The notes under the pieces: model-generated | What the model was told of the DNA's origin: nothing | Seen by the model: only the letters and a program-made list of their open reading frames with translations | Database searches by the model: none | Origin: an uncultured Gemmatimonadales bacterium | GTDB taxonomy: Bacteria; Gemmatimonadota; Gemmatimonadetes; Longimicrobiales; Longimicrobiaceae | Assembly: GCA_963716255.1 (NCBI GenBank) | Contig: OY970303.1 | Span: 4,736,001-4,800,000, forward strand | Length of the DNA: 64,000 nucleotides | Reading direction: 5' to 3' | Made by a program: the position numbers and the translations under genes | Shown here: positions 48,301 to 58,120 of the stretch, piece by piece | Layout of the letters: every line of letters starts with the position of its first letter | Numbering within the stretch: position 1 is the stretch's first letter

Positions 48301-49725
48301 CGCCAGCTCCACCTCGCCCTCGCGCAGGACGGCGGCCAGCCGATCGGTCATCCCCTCCAGCGCGCCGGCCGTCTTCGCGGACAGCGCGAGCGTCCGCACC
48401 GGGGTGCCGGAGCGGGCCGCCCGGGAGTGCCGCGGCGGCTCCTCGACGACCACGTGCACGTTGGTGCCCCCGACCCCGAGGGCGCTCACGGCGGCCCGCC
48501 GGGGGGCGCCGCCCGCCTTCCACGGCAGGGTCTCGGTCGGGACGACCACCGATCCGTCCGTCGGGAGCGAGGGGTTCGGCACGCCGAACCGGGGGTGGGG
48601 CGGAATCGCCTCGTGCTCCAGCGACAGCACCGCGGAGATCAGTCCCGCGACCCCCGCTGCGACGTCTAGGTGGCCGATGTTGGCCTTGGCCGCGCCGAGC
48701 ACGAGCGGCTCGCCGGACGACCGCGCCCCGCCGTACACCCGGCGGATCGATTCGGCCTCCACTCGGTCGCCGATCTCCGTCCCGGTGCCGTGCGTCTGCA
48801 GGTACCGCACGGAGGCCGGGGGGACGTCGGCGACCGCCAGCGCCTCTTCCATCACCGCGACCTGGCCCGTCACGCTGGGCGCGGTGAAGCCGACCTTGTC
48901 GTCGCCGTCGTTGTTCACCGCAGAGCCCAGCAGCACGGCGCGGATCCGGTCGCCCTCGGCGAGCGCGTCGCTCATCCGCTTGAGCACCACCAGCCCCACG
49001 CCGTTGCCGAACACCGTGCCGGTCGCGGCCGCGTCGAACGGGCGGCATTCGCCGTCGGCGGACTCGATGCCGCCGTCGCGGTGCAGGTAGCCGGACACCT
49101 GCGGAACGCGGATGGAGACTCCGCCGGCCAGGGCGACGTCGCACTCGCCGTTCATCAGGCTCTGCGCGGCGACGTGGACGGCGACGAGGGACGTCGAGCA
49201 GGCCGTCTGCACGGTGAGCGCGGGCCCCCGGAGGTTCAGCTTGTAGGCCAGCCGCGTGGCCAGGCTGTCGCAGACGTTGCCGTGGAAGACCGCCTCCGGC
49301 CCGAACGTGGCGATCAGCTCCGGCTGCGTGGACAGGTTGGAGAGCAGGTAGGTGCTGAGCATTCCGCCGACGAAGACCCCGGTCTGGCCGCCGCGCGCCG
49401 CGGGGTTACACCCGGCGTCCTCCAGCGCCTCCCACGCGCACTCCAGCAGCACGCGCTGCTGGGGATCGAGGATCTCCGCCTCGCGGGGGCTGTAGCCGAA
49501 GAACGCGGCGTCGAACGCCTCGGCGTCGGCCAGCACGCCCCGCGCGGCCACGTACGCGGGGTCGCGCCGCTGTGCCAGCGGAACGCCGCCGGCCTCCAGC
49601 TCGTCGTCGGAGAACCGGGCGATCCGCACCTCGCCGTCCCGCAGCGTCCGCCACAGCTCGGCGGTGCCGGCACAGCCCGGGAAGCGCCCGGCCATCCCGA
49701 CGATGCAGATGGGATCCGGGTTCAT
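45307..49725 (-). CDS. Type I PKS module KS-AT-KR-ACP
   Basis: Start ATG 49725 (TGATG overlap), MNPDPICIVGMAGRFPG; KS VQTACSTS/THGTGT/NIGHL; AT GHSLG with RAFH (malonyl); intact KR ITGGLGGIG...YAAANAF; ACP LGGHSL. Confidence 0.94.
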   Translation of the reverse strand: MNPDPICIVGMAGRFPGCAGTAELWRTLRDGEVRIARFSDDELEAGGVPLAQRRDPAYVAARGVLADAEAFDAAFFGYSPREAEILDPQQRVLLECAWEALEDAGCNPAARGGQTGVFVGGMLSTYLLSNLSTQPELIATFGPEAVFHGNVCDSLATRLAYKLNLRGPALTVQTACSTSLVAVHVAAQSLMNGECDVALAGGVSIRVPQVSGYLHRDGGIESADGECRPFDAAATGTVFGNGVGLVVLKRMSDALAEGDRIRAVLLGSAVNNDGDDKVGFTAPSVTGQVAVMEEALAVADVPPASVRYLQTHGTGTEIGDRVEAESIRRVYGGARSSGEPLVLGAAKANIGHLDVAAGVAGLISAVLSLEHEAIPPHPRFGVPNPSLPTDGSVVVPTETLPWKAGGAPRRAAVSALGVGGTNVHVVVEEPPRHSRAARSGTPVRTLALSAKTAGALEGMTDRLAAVLREGEVELADVARTLQDGRQAFAHRRAVCGTDALELAGQLERRTQRVRTRRQRADAEVVFAFSGQGGAPDIAAGSRYRYDPVFRAVIAEAAAVLAPHVPFDLLDFVAGGGEVESADTAVLQPVLFAYEVAMTRSLAARGVRPARLLGHSLGEYAAACVAGVWTFEDALRLVAARGRLMGGLPAGAMLTVVLREDELLGVLPADLDLAGVNGPGLCVVSGPRDAVERFRSRLSDERIASVPLPVERAFHSRATDAITAPFAAALREVAFHPPTLPIASSVTGAWLTPEEATSAEYWVRHLREPVRFHAALERAASPAALIVEVGPGKALRRIVNSGRAGRPAGAEPPDMVSTESAQAFEEAVAAAWTIGVPVAWGAGPDGRDGRMTSLPPYPFERTRHWVAPARAADRGAVPPSRQSADRDGADPEIGVSRVSWEQAPGDVDPGLLRGERLNWLVFDDTAGSARGVVESLATRGQVVTVVRPGSGFRRAERGVYEIDPGVPEQYAELLRAMRGLVRTPSRIVHCWGACPPAGGGVDPEASFFDLVFLVRAMVAEGLLHRVVLGIVTAGVFDVTGSEELHPGRAVAVGVALTVPRELDNVVAVLVDLPASLAGDDHALALRILAEMQSAAEPVVALRGRHRWRRVLRDDAAIQRPGSPGSRRFVITGGLGGIGMAAAARFAREGHRVALVSRGASREGMEQRPEWSSLPPEAAERIQLFRADVTDAAALAGALDAVRSAWGGIDVVVHAAGLAGGGSVIRRDPEAMRAVLAPKVAGTRNLLRALDADPDVTVMLCSSAASLMGAYGQADYAAANAFMDAAALAERARGRRVLSVSWQTWRDVGMAASAQVPPSAAALRQAALARGIPTGAGLDAMSALLDGPAGHVAVIPRRPGQVQDTMPEAEAEPAGSAARHPRPEMPTPYEEPRDDVQRRLVAIWEEYLGIAPIGVHDNFIVLGGHSLLAAQIVARLRREFEVAIPITQMFAQGCIADIALEIEALILNEVEAEP

Positions 49726-50471
49726 CAGAACCCGCCCATCGCCTGGGTGAACATCGGCAGCAGGATGCGCATCGCGGCGATCTCCTTGTCCGTGAGGTCG
49801 GGGTGCCACACGTCCCACAGCAGGATCGCGCGCGTGCTGTCGCCGCGGTTCCACGCCTCGTGCATGAAGCTGTCGTCGAAGACCAGGCACTCGCCTTCGC
49901 GCCAGGTCCGCGCCTCGCCGTTCACGCTGATGGCGCAGTCGGGGGGGATGATCAGCCCCAGGTGGCACGTCAGGACCAGGTTCACGCCGCCCGTGTGGGG
50001 CGTGATGTGGGTCCCCGGCCGCATGGTGGTGAACATGGCCTCGCGCGGCCCGTGCGGCGTGGCTTCGAGGGCCGCGACCGTGTTCGGGCACCGCTCCCAC
50101 GCCCGGGTGTTGACGGCCTCGTTCCGGTAGAGCGAGAACGTTTCCCAGCCGGCCCATCCCAGCTCCTTGGTGTGCGGGTCCTCGTAGGGCGAGAACTGCA
50201 CGTGGTCGTGGACGAGGGCGTCCAGCTCCGCCCGGATCGCGTCGAAGCGGTTCTCCACCTCCGGCACCCACCCGAAGCGCTCGCGCTCGAACCAGGGCCG
50301 GGCCTCGATCCCCGGGAAGAAGAGCCGCGTCGGCTCCTGGTCGTCGTGGAGGTACGACGGCGCGCGCTCGCCCACGAAGATCCTCAGGCACTCCTCGACG
50401 CGCTCGAGCCCGTCGCCGCCGAGCCTGCCTGCGAGGTCGGCGAGCACTTCATCAGGATTCACGAGTGGCAT
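49725..50471 (-). CDS. Aspartyl/asparaginyl beta-hydroxylase family Fe(II)/2-oxoglutarate dioxygenase
   Basis: CPNT, PGTHITPHTG, CHLGLIIP and WREGECLVFDDSFMHEAWN...RAILLWDVWHP are the family hallmarks. Confidence 0.92.
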   Translation of the reverse strand: MPLVNPDEVLADLAGRLGGDGLERVEECLRIFVGERAPSYLHDDQEPTRLFFPGIEARPWFERERFGWVPEVENRFDAIRAELDALVHDHVQFSPYEDPHTKELGWAGWETFSLYRNEAVNTRAWERCPNTVAALEATPHGPREAMFTTMRPGTHITPHTGGVNLVLTCHLGLIIPPDCAISVNGEARTWREGECLVFDDSFMHEAWNRGDSTRAILLWDVWHPDLTDKEIAAMRILLPMFTQAMGGF

Positions 50472-53400
50472 GGCCCTCTCCCGGGTGGTCGGCAGGAGGT
50501 TCGGATGGATGTGCCAGGCGCGCCAGCGCCGCCTGGCGGCGGTCTCTTCCGGGTGCTGCAGCCTGCACCTGCGCTCGCCGCCGCTCGGCCCTGGCCCGTG
50601 GCGCCGGGTCCGGCTGGGCGCCGGATTCGAGGAACCGCGCGAATCCGGCGACGGTGGGGTGCGCGAACACGTCCACGAGGCGGATCTCCCGCCCGAGGCG
50701 ATGGGCGAGGAGCGTCTGCACCTGGGTCGCGGCCAGGGAGTTGCCTCCGCACTCGAAGAAGCTGGCGCCGCGGGCGACGGCGGCCCTGCCCAGCACCCCG
50801 CACCAGACGGCCGCCACGGCCTGCTCCAGCTCCCCCACCGGGGGGTCCTGGGGATCGGCGTCGTGGGGAGGGCGCCGCAGGGCGAGCCGGTCCTTCTTGT
50901 TGGTGCGGGTCCTGGGCAAGGCGTCGAGCACGACGACCCGGTTCGGCGTCATGTACTGCGGAAGCACCGCGGCCACGCGCTCGCGCACTTCCCTGCCCAG
51001 CCGGTCGTCGGCGGGCTCCCCGGGACGAGCCACCACGTACCCGACGATCTCGGTGCGACGGTCGTCCGCGAACACGCGCGCGGCGCCCTCCAGCACCCGC
51101 GGATCGCGTTCGAGCGCCGCCTCTATCTCGTCGATCTCGACCCGGTTCCCGTGCACCTTGACCTGCCCGTCCACGCGCCCGGCGAACTCCAGCACGCCGG
51201 GGGCCCGCCATCGGCCGCGGTCGCCGGTCCTGTACAGCACGCCGTCGCCCGTGGGATCGAAGGGGTCGGGGACGTACGCCCTCCGGGTTTCTTCGGGCCG
51301 GTTCCAGTACGCGCCGGCCAGGAACGGGCTGCGGATGTGGATGAAGCCGACGGCGCCGACGGGGCTCGGCCTCATGGCCGCGTCCAGCACCAGGACCTGG
51401 CGGCCCGGGATCGCGTCGCCGATGGGGACCCGGTCCCGCGGGCCGCCGCCGCCGGCGACCTGGCACTCGGTGGCGAGGATGCACTCGGTGGGGCCGTAGC
51501 AGTTGTGCACTGCGACGTGCGGGCCCGCCGCCGCCCACGCCTCGACCACGTCGCGGTGGAGCGCCTCGCCGGCCAGGAGGAGGTGGCGCAGCTCCGGGGC
51601 GAGCCGCCGCCGGCCCGCGGCGGGGCTCACGCGCATGGCGTCCGCGAGCGCACGGGCGAAGGACGGCACCAGCTCCAAGTGGGTGACGCGCTCGGATTCC
51701 ACCCACTCGAACAGGGCCGGGGCGTCGCCCCGCGCGGCGAGGGTGGGGATGCACAGTGTCGCCCCCGAGCACAGCGCCAGGAACACTTCCGTGTATGCCG
51801 CGTCGTACGAGAACGGGGCCCACATCGCCACCCGGCTGGAGCGGTCCACCCCGTAGCGGTGCCGCTGCCACCCGGCGAACTGCGCGATCGTCTCGTGACG
51901 CTGGGGGATGCCCTTGGGCGCGCCGGTGCTCCCGGACGTGTAGACCAGGAATATCGGGTCGCGGCCGGCGACGCACGGCAGCCGGGCCGCGGCCGCCGGC
52001 CCCCACTCGGGCGGCGCCGCGAGGCCCCCCCGCTCGTCCAGCCCGAGCGTCGGCGCGGGGAGGCCGCCCTCGTCCTCCCCGGAGCGGGGCGGCGCCGCAC
52101 ACGCCAGCAGGCACGCGGCCGCCGCGTCCGCGAGCACCTCCCGGCGGCGGGCGGCCGGATCCCGGTCGTCGAGCACCACGAACGCCGCGCCGGCCTTCAT
52201 CACCCCGAGGATGCCGGCGACCTGCGCGAAGCCCGACGTCAGCATCACCGCGACGATCGACCCGGCGCCGACCCCCTCGTCCAGCAGCGCGGCGGCGATC
52301 TCGTCGCTCCGGCGGTCCAGCTCGGCGTACGTCATCGACGCGCCGGCGTAGCGGACGGCGACCGCCAGCGGGTGCGCGGCCGCGTGGCGCCGGAACGTCT
52401 CGTGGGCCGGTGCGTCGACCGCGAAGCGCTCCCGCAGGTGGGGGTCCGGCGCCACGCGGGGCAGGTCGCCGCCGATCCCGATGTCGCCGAGGGGGGCGGA
52501 CCGGTCGTGCGCGACCGCCTCCAGCACCGCGCGGAACGCCCCGCTCCAGCGCTCCACCGTGTCGGGGTCGAACAGCGCCGTGGAGTACTCGACCACGCCG
52601 GCGAGGCCGCCGTCTTCCGGCCACAGCATGAAGGTGAGGTCGTACCGGGCGGTGCCGGTGTCCGCCATGGTGCCGTGCATGGTCGCGCCCGGCAGGCGGA
52701 GCTCGACGGGAGGCCCGTTCTGGAGCACGAGCATCGTCTGCACCAGCGGCGTGACGGACAGGTCCCGCTCCAGCCCCAGCCGGGCGACGACGCGGTCGAA
52801 CGGCGCGTGGGGGTGCGAGAGCGCTTCCAGGCAGGTGGCCCGCACCGCGCGCAGGTGCTCGGCGAAGGGGCGGGCCGGGTCGACCGCGCAGCGGATCGCC
52901 AGGGTATCCACCACGCAGTCCACCAGCATCTCGACCCCGGCGGGCCGCTCCCGGTTTGCCACCGGCACGCCCACGACCACGTCGTCGAGCCCCGCGAACC
53001 GGTGCACTACCGCGTGCAGCGCCGCCAGCAGCACCATGAACAGCGTGCAGCCGCTGGCGGCCGCTGCCGCCTCCAGCCGCTCCCGTACGGGCGGCTCGAC
53101 GCGGAGCCGCGCGAGCGCGCCGGCACTGCTCCGGTGCGGCCCGCGGGGCCGGTCCGTGGGCAGCTCCGCCACGCCGCCGTACCCCGCGAGCCGACCGGCC
53201 CAGTACTCCACCGCCTCGTCGTACGCGCCGGCCGTGTCGCGCTCGCGCTGCCACCGGGCGTAGCCGGCCGCGTCGAGCGGGACGGGCGCGAGATCCGGGA
53301 CGGTCCGGAGGAGGTCGGCCCTCGACAGCTCCGAGATCTCGCCGGCCAGGATCCCCAGCGACCAGTTGTCGAGCACCGCGTGGTGGGCGGTGAGCAGCAG

Positions 53401-56400
53401 CACCCACCGGTCCCGCCCGACCGCGACGACGCGCAGCCGCGCGTGAGGCGGGTCCGCCAGGTCGAAGCGCCGCCGCGCCTCGTCGCGGACCAGCCGCTCG
53501 ACCACGGCGTCGCGGACGGACGGGGGGAGGCCGGTGCAGTCCACGAAGTCGAGGACCGGGGCCGCACGCCGGGGGACGCGCACCATCTCCCCGTCCCGCG
53601 CCTCGAAGGACGAGCGCAGTCCCACGTGCCGCTCCACCACCGCGGCGAACGCGCGCTCCAGGACGTCGGCGGCGAGCGGCCCGGTCGCCCGGACGGCGAC
53701 GGACACGTTCTGCCCCGCCGCCGGGTCGAGCTGGTCCATCAGCCAGAACCGCCGGTGCGCGAACGACATCGGGAAGCCGTCTCCGGCCGATGGGGGCGGG
53801 GCGGGCGCCGCGGCTCCGGCGTACGACACCGGGGCGGCGACCCGCGCGAGCCACCGGACGGTGGGAGTCGCGAAGAAGTCCGCGAGCTCCACCCGGGCGC
53901 CCGTGATCCGTTCGATCCGGCCGAGCAGCCGCACCGCGCTCAGCGAGTTGCCGCCCAGGGAGAAGAAGGACAGCTCCGCGTCGATCGAGCCCGCCGGCCG
54001 GCCCAGCAGCTCCGCCCAGACCTCCGCGACGAACCGCTCGGCCTCCCCCTCCGGCGGACGGACCGGGGCGCCGGCGGCGCCGGAGTCGGCGCCCTGGAAC
54101 AGGTCGCCCGCCGCCAGGCGGTCGACCTTGCCGTTGGGCGTGAGCGGCATCCGGGCGACCAGGCGCAGCTCGGACGGGACCATGACCTCGGGGAGCCGGC
54201 GGCGCAGGAACGAGAGCACGTCCGGCACCGTGGCGGCCGGCGCCTCGACGGCGGCCTCGATCCGCGCTTCGCTTCCGGGCGGCTCGCGGAACAGCACCAC
54301 GGCGTGCGTCACGCCGGGATGCTCCAGGAGCGTCCGCTCGATCTCCATCAGCTCGATGCGATGGCCGCGCAGCTTCACCTGCTGGTCCGCCCGGCCGCGC
54401 AGGTGGAGGCGGCCGTCGCGGCCCATCCAAGCCATGTCGCCGGTCCGGTACGCCGTGCCCAGCGCTGCGTCGATCGGGTCGGGGACGAAGCGCGCCCGGG
54501 TCAACTCGGGGTTGTTCCAGTACCCGGCGGCAACCCCGAGTCCGCCGATGAAGAGCTCCCCCGTCACACCCGGCGGAACCGGCTGCGAGCGCTCGTCCAG
54601 GACGTAGCAGCGGGTGTTCGCGATCGGGCGGCCGATCGCGGGGACCGGCTCGGGCCCGGCGATCCGGGCGGCAGTCGACCAGACGGTGGTCTCGGTGGGC
54701 CCGTACAGGTTCCACACCTCGTCGGCGCGCTCCAAGAGCGCCGCGGCCAGGTCTCCGCTCATCATCTCGCCGCCGCACAGCGCGCGCAGCCCAGGCGTCC
54801 GCCGGAGGCCGGCATCGAGAAGCATCCGCCAGGTGGACGGCGTCGCCTGTACGACCCCGGCCCCCGAGCCCTCCACGAGCGAGGCCAGGGCGCGGCCGTC
54901 GGTGGCGACACGGCGCTCGACGATCCTCACCCGGGCGCCCGCGACCAGCGGCAGGAACAGCTCCAGGACGGAGATGTCGAAGGAGATCGGCGTGATGGCG
55001 AGCAGCGTCTCGTCGGCCGCCAGGCCGGGCTGCTCCCGCATGCTCTGCAGGAAGTTGGCGACGCTGCCGTGGCGGACGGCGACGCCCTTCGGCCGCCCGC
55101 TGGAGCCGGACGTGTACATCACGTACGCGAGGTCGTCCGCGGACGGCGGCGTCGGCGGGAGCGGGCGGCCCCCGCCCCCGGTCAGCGACCGGGGCTCCGC
55201 TATGGGGACGCCCCACGCGCCGAAACGGCCCCCCGCGTCGTCCGACAGCAGCAGCGCGGCGGCGCTGTCATTGAGCATGTAGCGCAGCCGCTCGTCGGGC
55301 TGGCTGCCGTCCAGCGGGACGTAGGCCGCGCCCGCGTCCCAGATCCCGAGCAGCGTCGCGACGAGCAGGTCCGACGGCTCCATGCACACCGCGACGCGCT
55401 CGCCGCGGCCCACCCCCCGCGCGCGAAGCCCGGCGCTCACCGCGCGCGCCGCCTCCAGCAGCGCCCCGTACGACCAGGCCCCGCCGCCCGACAGAACCGC
55501 GGTGCGCTCGGGGTGCCGGGCGGCGGCCGCCGCGAGCGCAGCGACGACTGTCGGCCAGGGCTCCAGGCCGCGGCTCGTGACGGCCAGCCGCCTGGTGACG
55601 TGCTCCTCCAGCGCGGGGCTCATCACCCGCAGCGCGGCGCAGGGACGGTGGGGCTCGCTCGCGGCCGCGCGCAGCAGCGTGCGGTAGCCGTCGGCGAACT
55701 GCTCGATCTCGGCCTCGGAATAGACGTCGGCGCGGTACTCGAACGTCAGCGCCATGCCGCCCTCCCGCAGGTCGATTACCAGGGTCACGTCGAACCGGGC
55801 GGCCCCGGTCGCGGCGGGCTGCGGGGTGGACGTCACGCCGGACAGCTGCAGCGGCGGGAGCGGCATGTTCTGGTAGATGCACATGACGTCGAACAGCGGA
55901 GACCCGTCGCCCGCCGCCGAAAGCGCTTCCGCGACCCACTCGAACGGGACCGCCTGGTTGGCGATCGCCTCGTTGATGCTGGCGTAGGTGGCCCCGGCGA
56001 GCTCGGCGAAGCTGCGCTCGGCCCACTGCGCCTGCAGCACCACCGTGTTCATGAACGGCCCGACGATGCGGGCGAATCTCCGGTCCCTGCGGTTCGCGAC
56101 GGGAAACCCCAACGGCACCGTCACCCGCCCGCTGTAGCGGCCCAGCAGCACGGCGAGCGCAGAGAGCAGCATGGCGAACCGCGAAACTGACTGGCTGCGC
56201 GCGAGCGCATCGATCGCATTCGTGGCGTCGGCTGCGATGTGGCACGTGTAAGTCTTCCCACGCGTGCTCTCGTATCGCGAGCGGGGGCGCTCGGACGGAA
56301 ACGTGACAGCGCGGACGGACGGATCCAGCTTGCGTGTCCAGTACTCGGTCTGGTGCTGCAACCGGTCGGTGACGTCCTCGCTCGCCATCAGGCGCGCATA

Positions 56401-56934
56401 GTCCGCGTAGCTCACCGGGGACGGATACAGCGCCGGCTCCTCGCCCTCGACGAGGCGGTTGTAGGCCTGCGTCAGCTCCCGCGTGAACACGCCGAGCGAC
56501 CAGCCGTCACCGACGAGGTGATGGATCACGATGACGAAGACGTGCCGGTCGCCAGCCTCTTGCAGCAGGTACATCCGGACCAACGGTCCGGCCCGCACGT
56601 CGAACGGGAGGGACGAGATCGCGTCGATCACACGCTGCCGGTGCATGGCTGCATGTCGAATGTCGATCAAGGAAAAAGGAATCCGCACGTTGTTGTTGAA
56701 CAACTGGCGCGGGTCCGCCTCCGAGTCGTCCACCTGCATATTCAGCACAGCATGGTTAGCTACCGCGGCGGCGACAGCGTCCTCAAAGGACGCTGCATCT
56801 AGCGGTCCGTCCAGGCGAAAAGCGACCGCGACGTTGTTTAGCGCCGTCCCGGCATACAGTTGCTCGGTCAGCCAGAAGCGGCGCTGAGTCGGAGCCAACG
56901 GTGCTGACTGGAGCTTGGAGGAGAGTTGAGTCAA
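50452..56934 (-). CDS. Bimodular NRPS: C-A(Gly)-T-C-A-T
   Basis: C HHLVGDGWS and HHAVLDNWS; first A pocket DILQLGLVWK (Gly code); T motifs LGGNSL and CGGNSL; TTG start is somewhat uncertain. Confidence 0.93.
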   Translation of the reverse strand: MTQLSSKLQSAPLAPTQRRFWLTEQLYAGTALNNVAVAFRLDGPLDAASFEDAVAAAVANHAVLNMQVDDSEADPRQLFNNNVRIPFSLIDIRHAAMHRQRVIDAISSLPFDVRAGPLVRMYLLQEAGDRHVFVIVIHHLVGDGWSLGVFTRELTQAYNRLVEGEEPALYPSPVSYADYARLMASEDVTDRLQHQTEYWTRKLDPSVRAVTFPSERPRSRYESTRGKTYTCHIAADATNAIDALARSQSVSRFAMLLSALAVLLGRYSGRVTVPLGFPVANRRDRRFARIVGPFMNTVVLQAQWAERSFAELAGATYASINEAIANQAVPFEWVAEALSAAGDGSPLFDVMCIYQNMPLPPLQLSGVTSTPQPAATGAARFDVTLVIDLREGGMALTFEYRADVYSEAEIEQFADGYRTLLRAAASEPHRPCAALRVMSPALEEHVTRRLAVTSRGLEPWPTVVAALAAAAARHPERTAVLSGGGAWSYGALLEAARAVSAGLRARGVGRGERVAVCMEPSDLLVATLLGIWDAGAAYVPLDGSQPDERLRYMLNDSAAALLLSDDAGGRFGAWGVPIAEPRSLTGGGGRPLPPTPPSADDLAYVMYTSGSSGRPKGVAVRHGSVANFLQSMREQPGLAADETLLAITPISFDISVLELFLPLVAGARVRIVERRVATDGRALASLVEGSGAGVVQATPSTWRMLLDAGLRRTPGLRALCGGEMMSGDLAAALLERADEVWNLYGPTETTVWSTAARIAGPEPVPAIGRPIANTRCYVLDERSQPVPPGVTGELFIGGLGVAAGYWNNPELTRARFVPDPIDAALGTAYRTGDMAWMGRDGRLHLRGRADQQVKLRGHRIELMEIERTLLEHPGVTHAVVLFREPPGSEARIEAAVEAPAATVPDVLSFLRRRLPEVMVPSELRLVARMPLTPNGKVDRLAAGDLFQGADSGAAGAPVRPPEGEAERFVAEVWAELLGRPAGSIDAELSFFSLGGNSLSAVRLLGRIERITGARVELADFFATPTVRWLARVAAPVSYAGAAAPAPPPSAGDGFPMSFAHRRFWLMDQLDPAAGQNVSVAVRATGPLAADVLERAFAAVVERHVGLRSSFEARDGEMVRVPRRAAPVLDFVDCTGLPPSVRDAVVERLVRDEARRRFDLADPPHARLRVVAVGRDRWVLLLTAHHAVLDNWSLGILAGEISELSRADLLRTVPDLAPVPLDAAGYARWQRERDTAGAYDEAVEYWAGRLAGYGGVAELPTDRPRGPHRSSAGALARLRVEPPVRERLEAAAAASGCTLFMVLLAALHAVVHRFAGLDDVVVGVPVANRERPAGVEMLVDCVVDTLAIRCAVDPARPFAEHLRAVRATCLEALSHPHAPFDRVVARLGLERDLSVTPLVQTMLVLQNGPPVELRLPGATMHGTMADTGTARYDLTFMLWPEDGGLAGVVEYSTALFDPDTVERWSGAFRAVLEAVAHDRSAPLGDIGIGGDLPRVAPDPHLRERFAVDAPAHETFRRHAAAHPLAVAVRYAGASMTYAELDRRSDEIAAALLDEGVGAGSIVAVMLTSGFAQVAGILGVMKAGAAFVVLDDRDPAARRREVLADAAAACLLACAAPPRSGEDEGGLPAPTLGLDERGGLAAPPEWGPAAAARLPCVAGRDPIFLVYTSGSTGAPKGIPQRHETIAQFAGWQRHRYGVDRSSRVAMWAPFSYDAAYTEVFLALCSGATLCIPTLAARGDAPALFEWVESERVTHLELVPSFARALADAMRVSPAAGRRRLAPELRHLLLAGEALHRDVVEAWAAAGPHVAVHNCYGPTECILATECQVAGGGGPRDRVPIGDAIPGRQVLVLDAAMRPSPVGAVGFIHIRSPFLAGAYWNRPEETRRAYVPDPFDPTGDGVLYRTGDRGRWRAPGVLEFAGRVDGQVKVHGNRVEIDEIEAALERDPRVLEGAARVFADDRRTEIVGYVVARPGEPADDRLGREVRERVAAVLPQYMTPNRVVVLDALPRTRTNKKDRLALRRPPHDADPQDPPVGELEQAVAAVWCGVLGRAAVARGASFFECGGNSLAATQVQTLLAHRLGREIRLVDVFAHPTVAGFARFLESGAQPDPAPRARAERRRAQVQAAAPGRDRRQAALARLAHPSEPPADHPGEGHATRES

Positions 56935-57162
56935 GGCGCTGAATAGCTCACTGTATGGCGTGCCTGGCAGATAGACGAGGAGAGTCTGGACGATTTGCGC
57001 GAGTCATCTCCAAACACACACGTCACTCCGCCGCCTCCCGCTCTAGTAAAAGGCCATGGCGGTGGCGTCGGAAATGCGGCGGCGGAGCGGCCCCCCCCGG
57101 TGGAAGATGAGTCAAGCGGCCGAAGATGTGTCGGGTCGAGCTAGAGCCGTTCCCGAAAGAGA

Positions 57163-57775
57163 TTAGAGCAAGTAGCCGCAGTGCTGGAACCAGCCGTGGG
57201 CATCCTCAGCCGTGATGCGGTCGAGGAGTTCGGCCAGTGCGCTCTCCAGCGCCTCCATCGAGCGGGCTGCCGCCGTACGCAGGAGGGTCTTGAGCTTGCT
57301 CCAGGCCTGCTCGATCGGCGCGAAATCGGGCGAGTAGGGCGGCAGGTAGAGCAGACGCAAGCCTGCCGCGTGGAGCTTCTCGCGCACCTTCGGCACCAGA
57401 TGCGGCTTCAGGTTGTCCAGGACCACGATCGCACCGGGCTTCTTCTCCACCAGGTCGGGGATCAGAACCTGATCGAGGTAAGCGAGGAAGACCGGCGTAT
57501 CGGTGGCCGCTGGAATGCTCATGACGCCGAGCAGCCCCTCCAGGGCGAGCCCGCCCAGGATCGTCAGCCGCTTGTAGTTGCCGAACGGCACGCTGCCTCG
57601 CGCCCGCGCTCCGGGAGCGGCACGGGCGTAGCGGCGCACCATGTGGGTGTCGATGCCGCTCTCGTCCACGAAGACCAGAGCCCGCACGTCGACTCCGGCA
57701 ATCGTTTCGCGGAACTCGGCCCGCTTCTGCTGAACGTCGGATCGGTCCTGTTCAGCGGCTCGCAGCGTTTTTTTT
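57163..57775 (-). CDS. IS630 transposase OrfB (DDE catalytic part), joined to OrfA via a frameshift at A8
   Basis: KKTLRAAEQDR...VFVDESG...VVLDNL...YLPPYSPDFAPIEQAWSKLK; T8 at 57768-57775 on the plus strand. Confidence 0.88.
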
Positions 57776-58120
57776 CCGCGGTAGCTTCAGCTTCTGTAGC
57801 GCACGGTGGAGTGCCGAACGGCTCACACTCACCCCCATGCGTTCTTCCACCAAGGCGCGATACTCCTTGATGGTGCGGTCATTCGCTTGCTCGACCATGT
57901 CCGCCAATTGCTTCATCCGCTCTTCATCCAGCCTCGGCTGCGGTCCGCCTGCGTGCGGGAGAGGCGCCAAGGTGGCGTCCTCCTTCCAGCGCCGAAGCCA
58001 AATGTAGAGCGTGGCCTCTCCGATCTCGAATTGCCGGGCCACCTCGGCGCGCGTCATCTCTCCCTTCAGTGCCGCGGAAACAGCACGTTGACGCAAATCT
58101 GCTGAGTAAGGTGCTGCCAT
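57752..58120 (-). CDS. IS630 transposase OrfA (HTH DNA-binding part)
   Basis: MAAPYSADLRQRAV...VARQFEIG...VSRSALHRALQKLKLPRKK, ending at the A8 slippery run. Confidence 0.88.
   Translation of the reverse strand: MAAPYSADLRQRAVSAALKGEMTRAEVARQFEIGEATLYIWLRRWKEDATLAPLPHAGGPQPRLDEERMKQLADMVEQANDRTIKEYRALVEERMGVSVSRSALHRALQKLKLPRKKNAASR

Noticed and set aside
36836..50391. ORF-track N-terminal extensions (starts at 37513, 47860, 50391)
   Set aside because: They overlap upstream genes off-frame; stop-start overlaps identify 36835, 45310 and 49725 as the real starts.
38201..56190. Plus-strand ORFs 38201..43258 and 50470..56190, and off-frame minus ORFs 39447..43781 and 50459..55216
   Set aside because: Shadow ORFs of cluster B.
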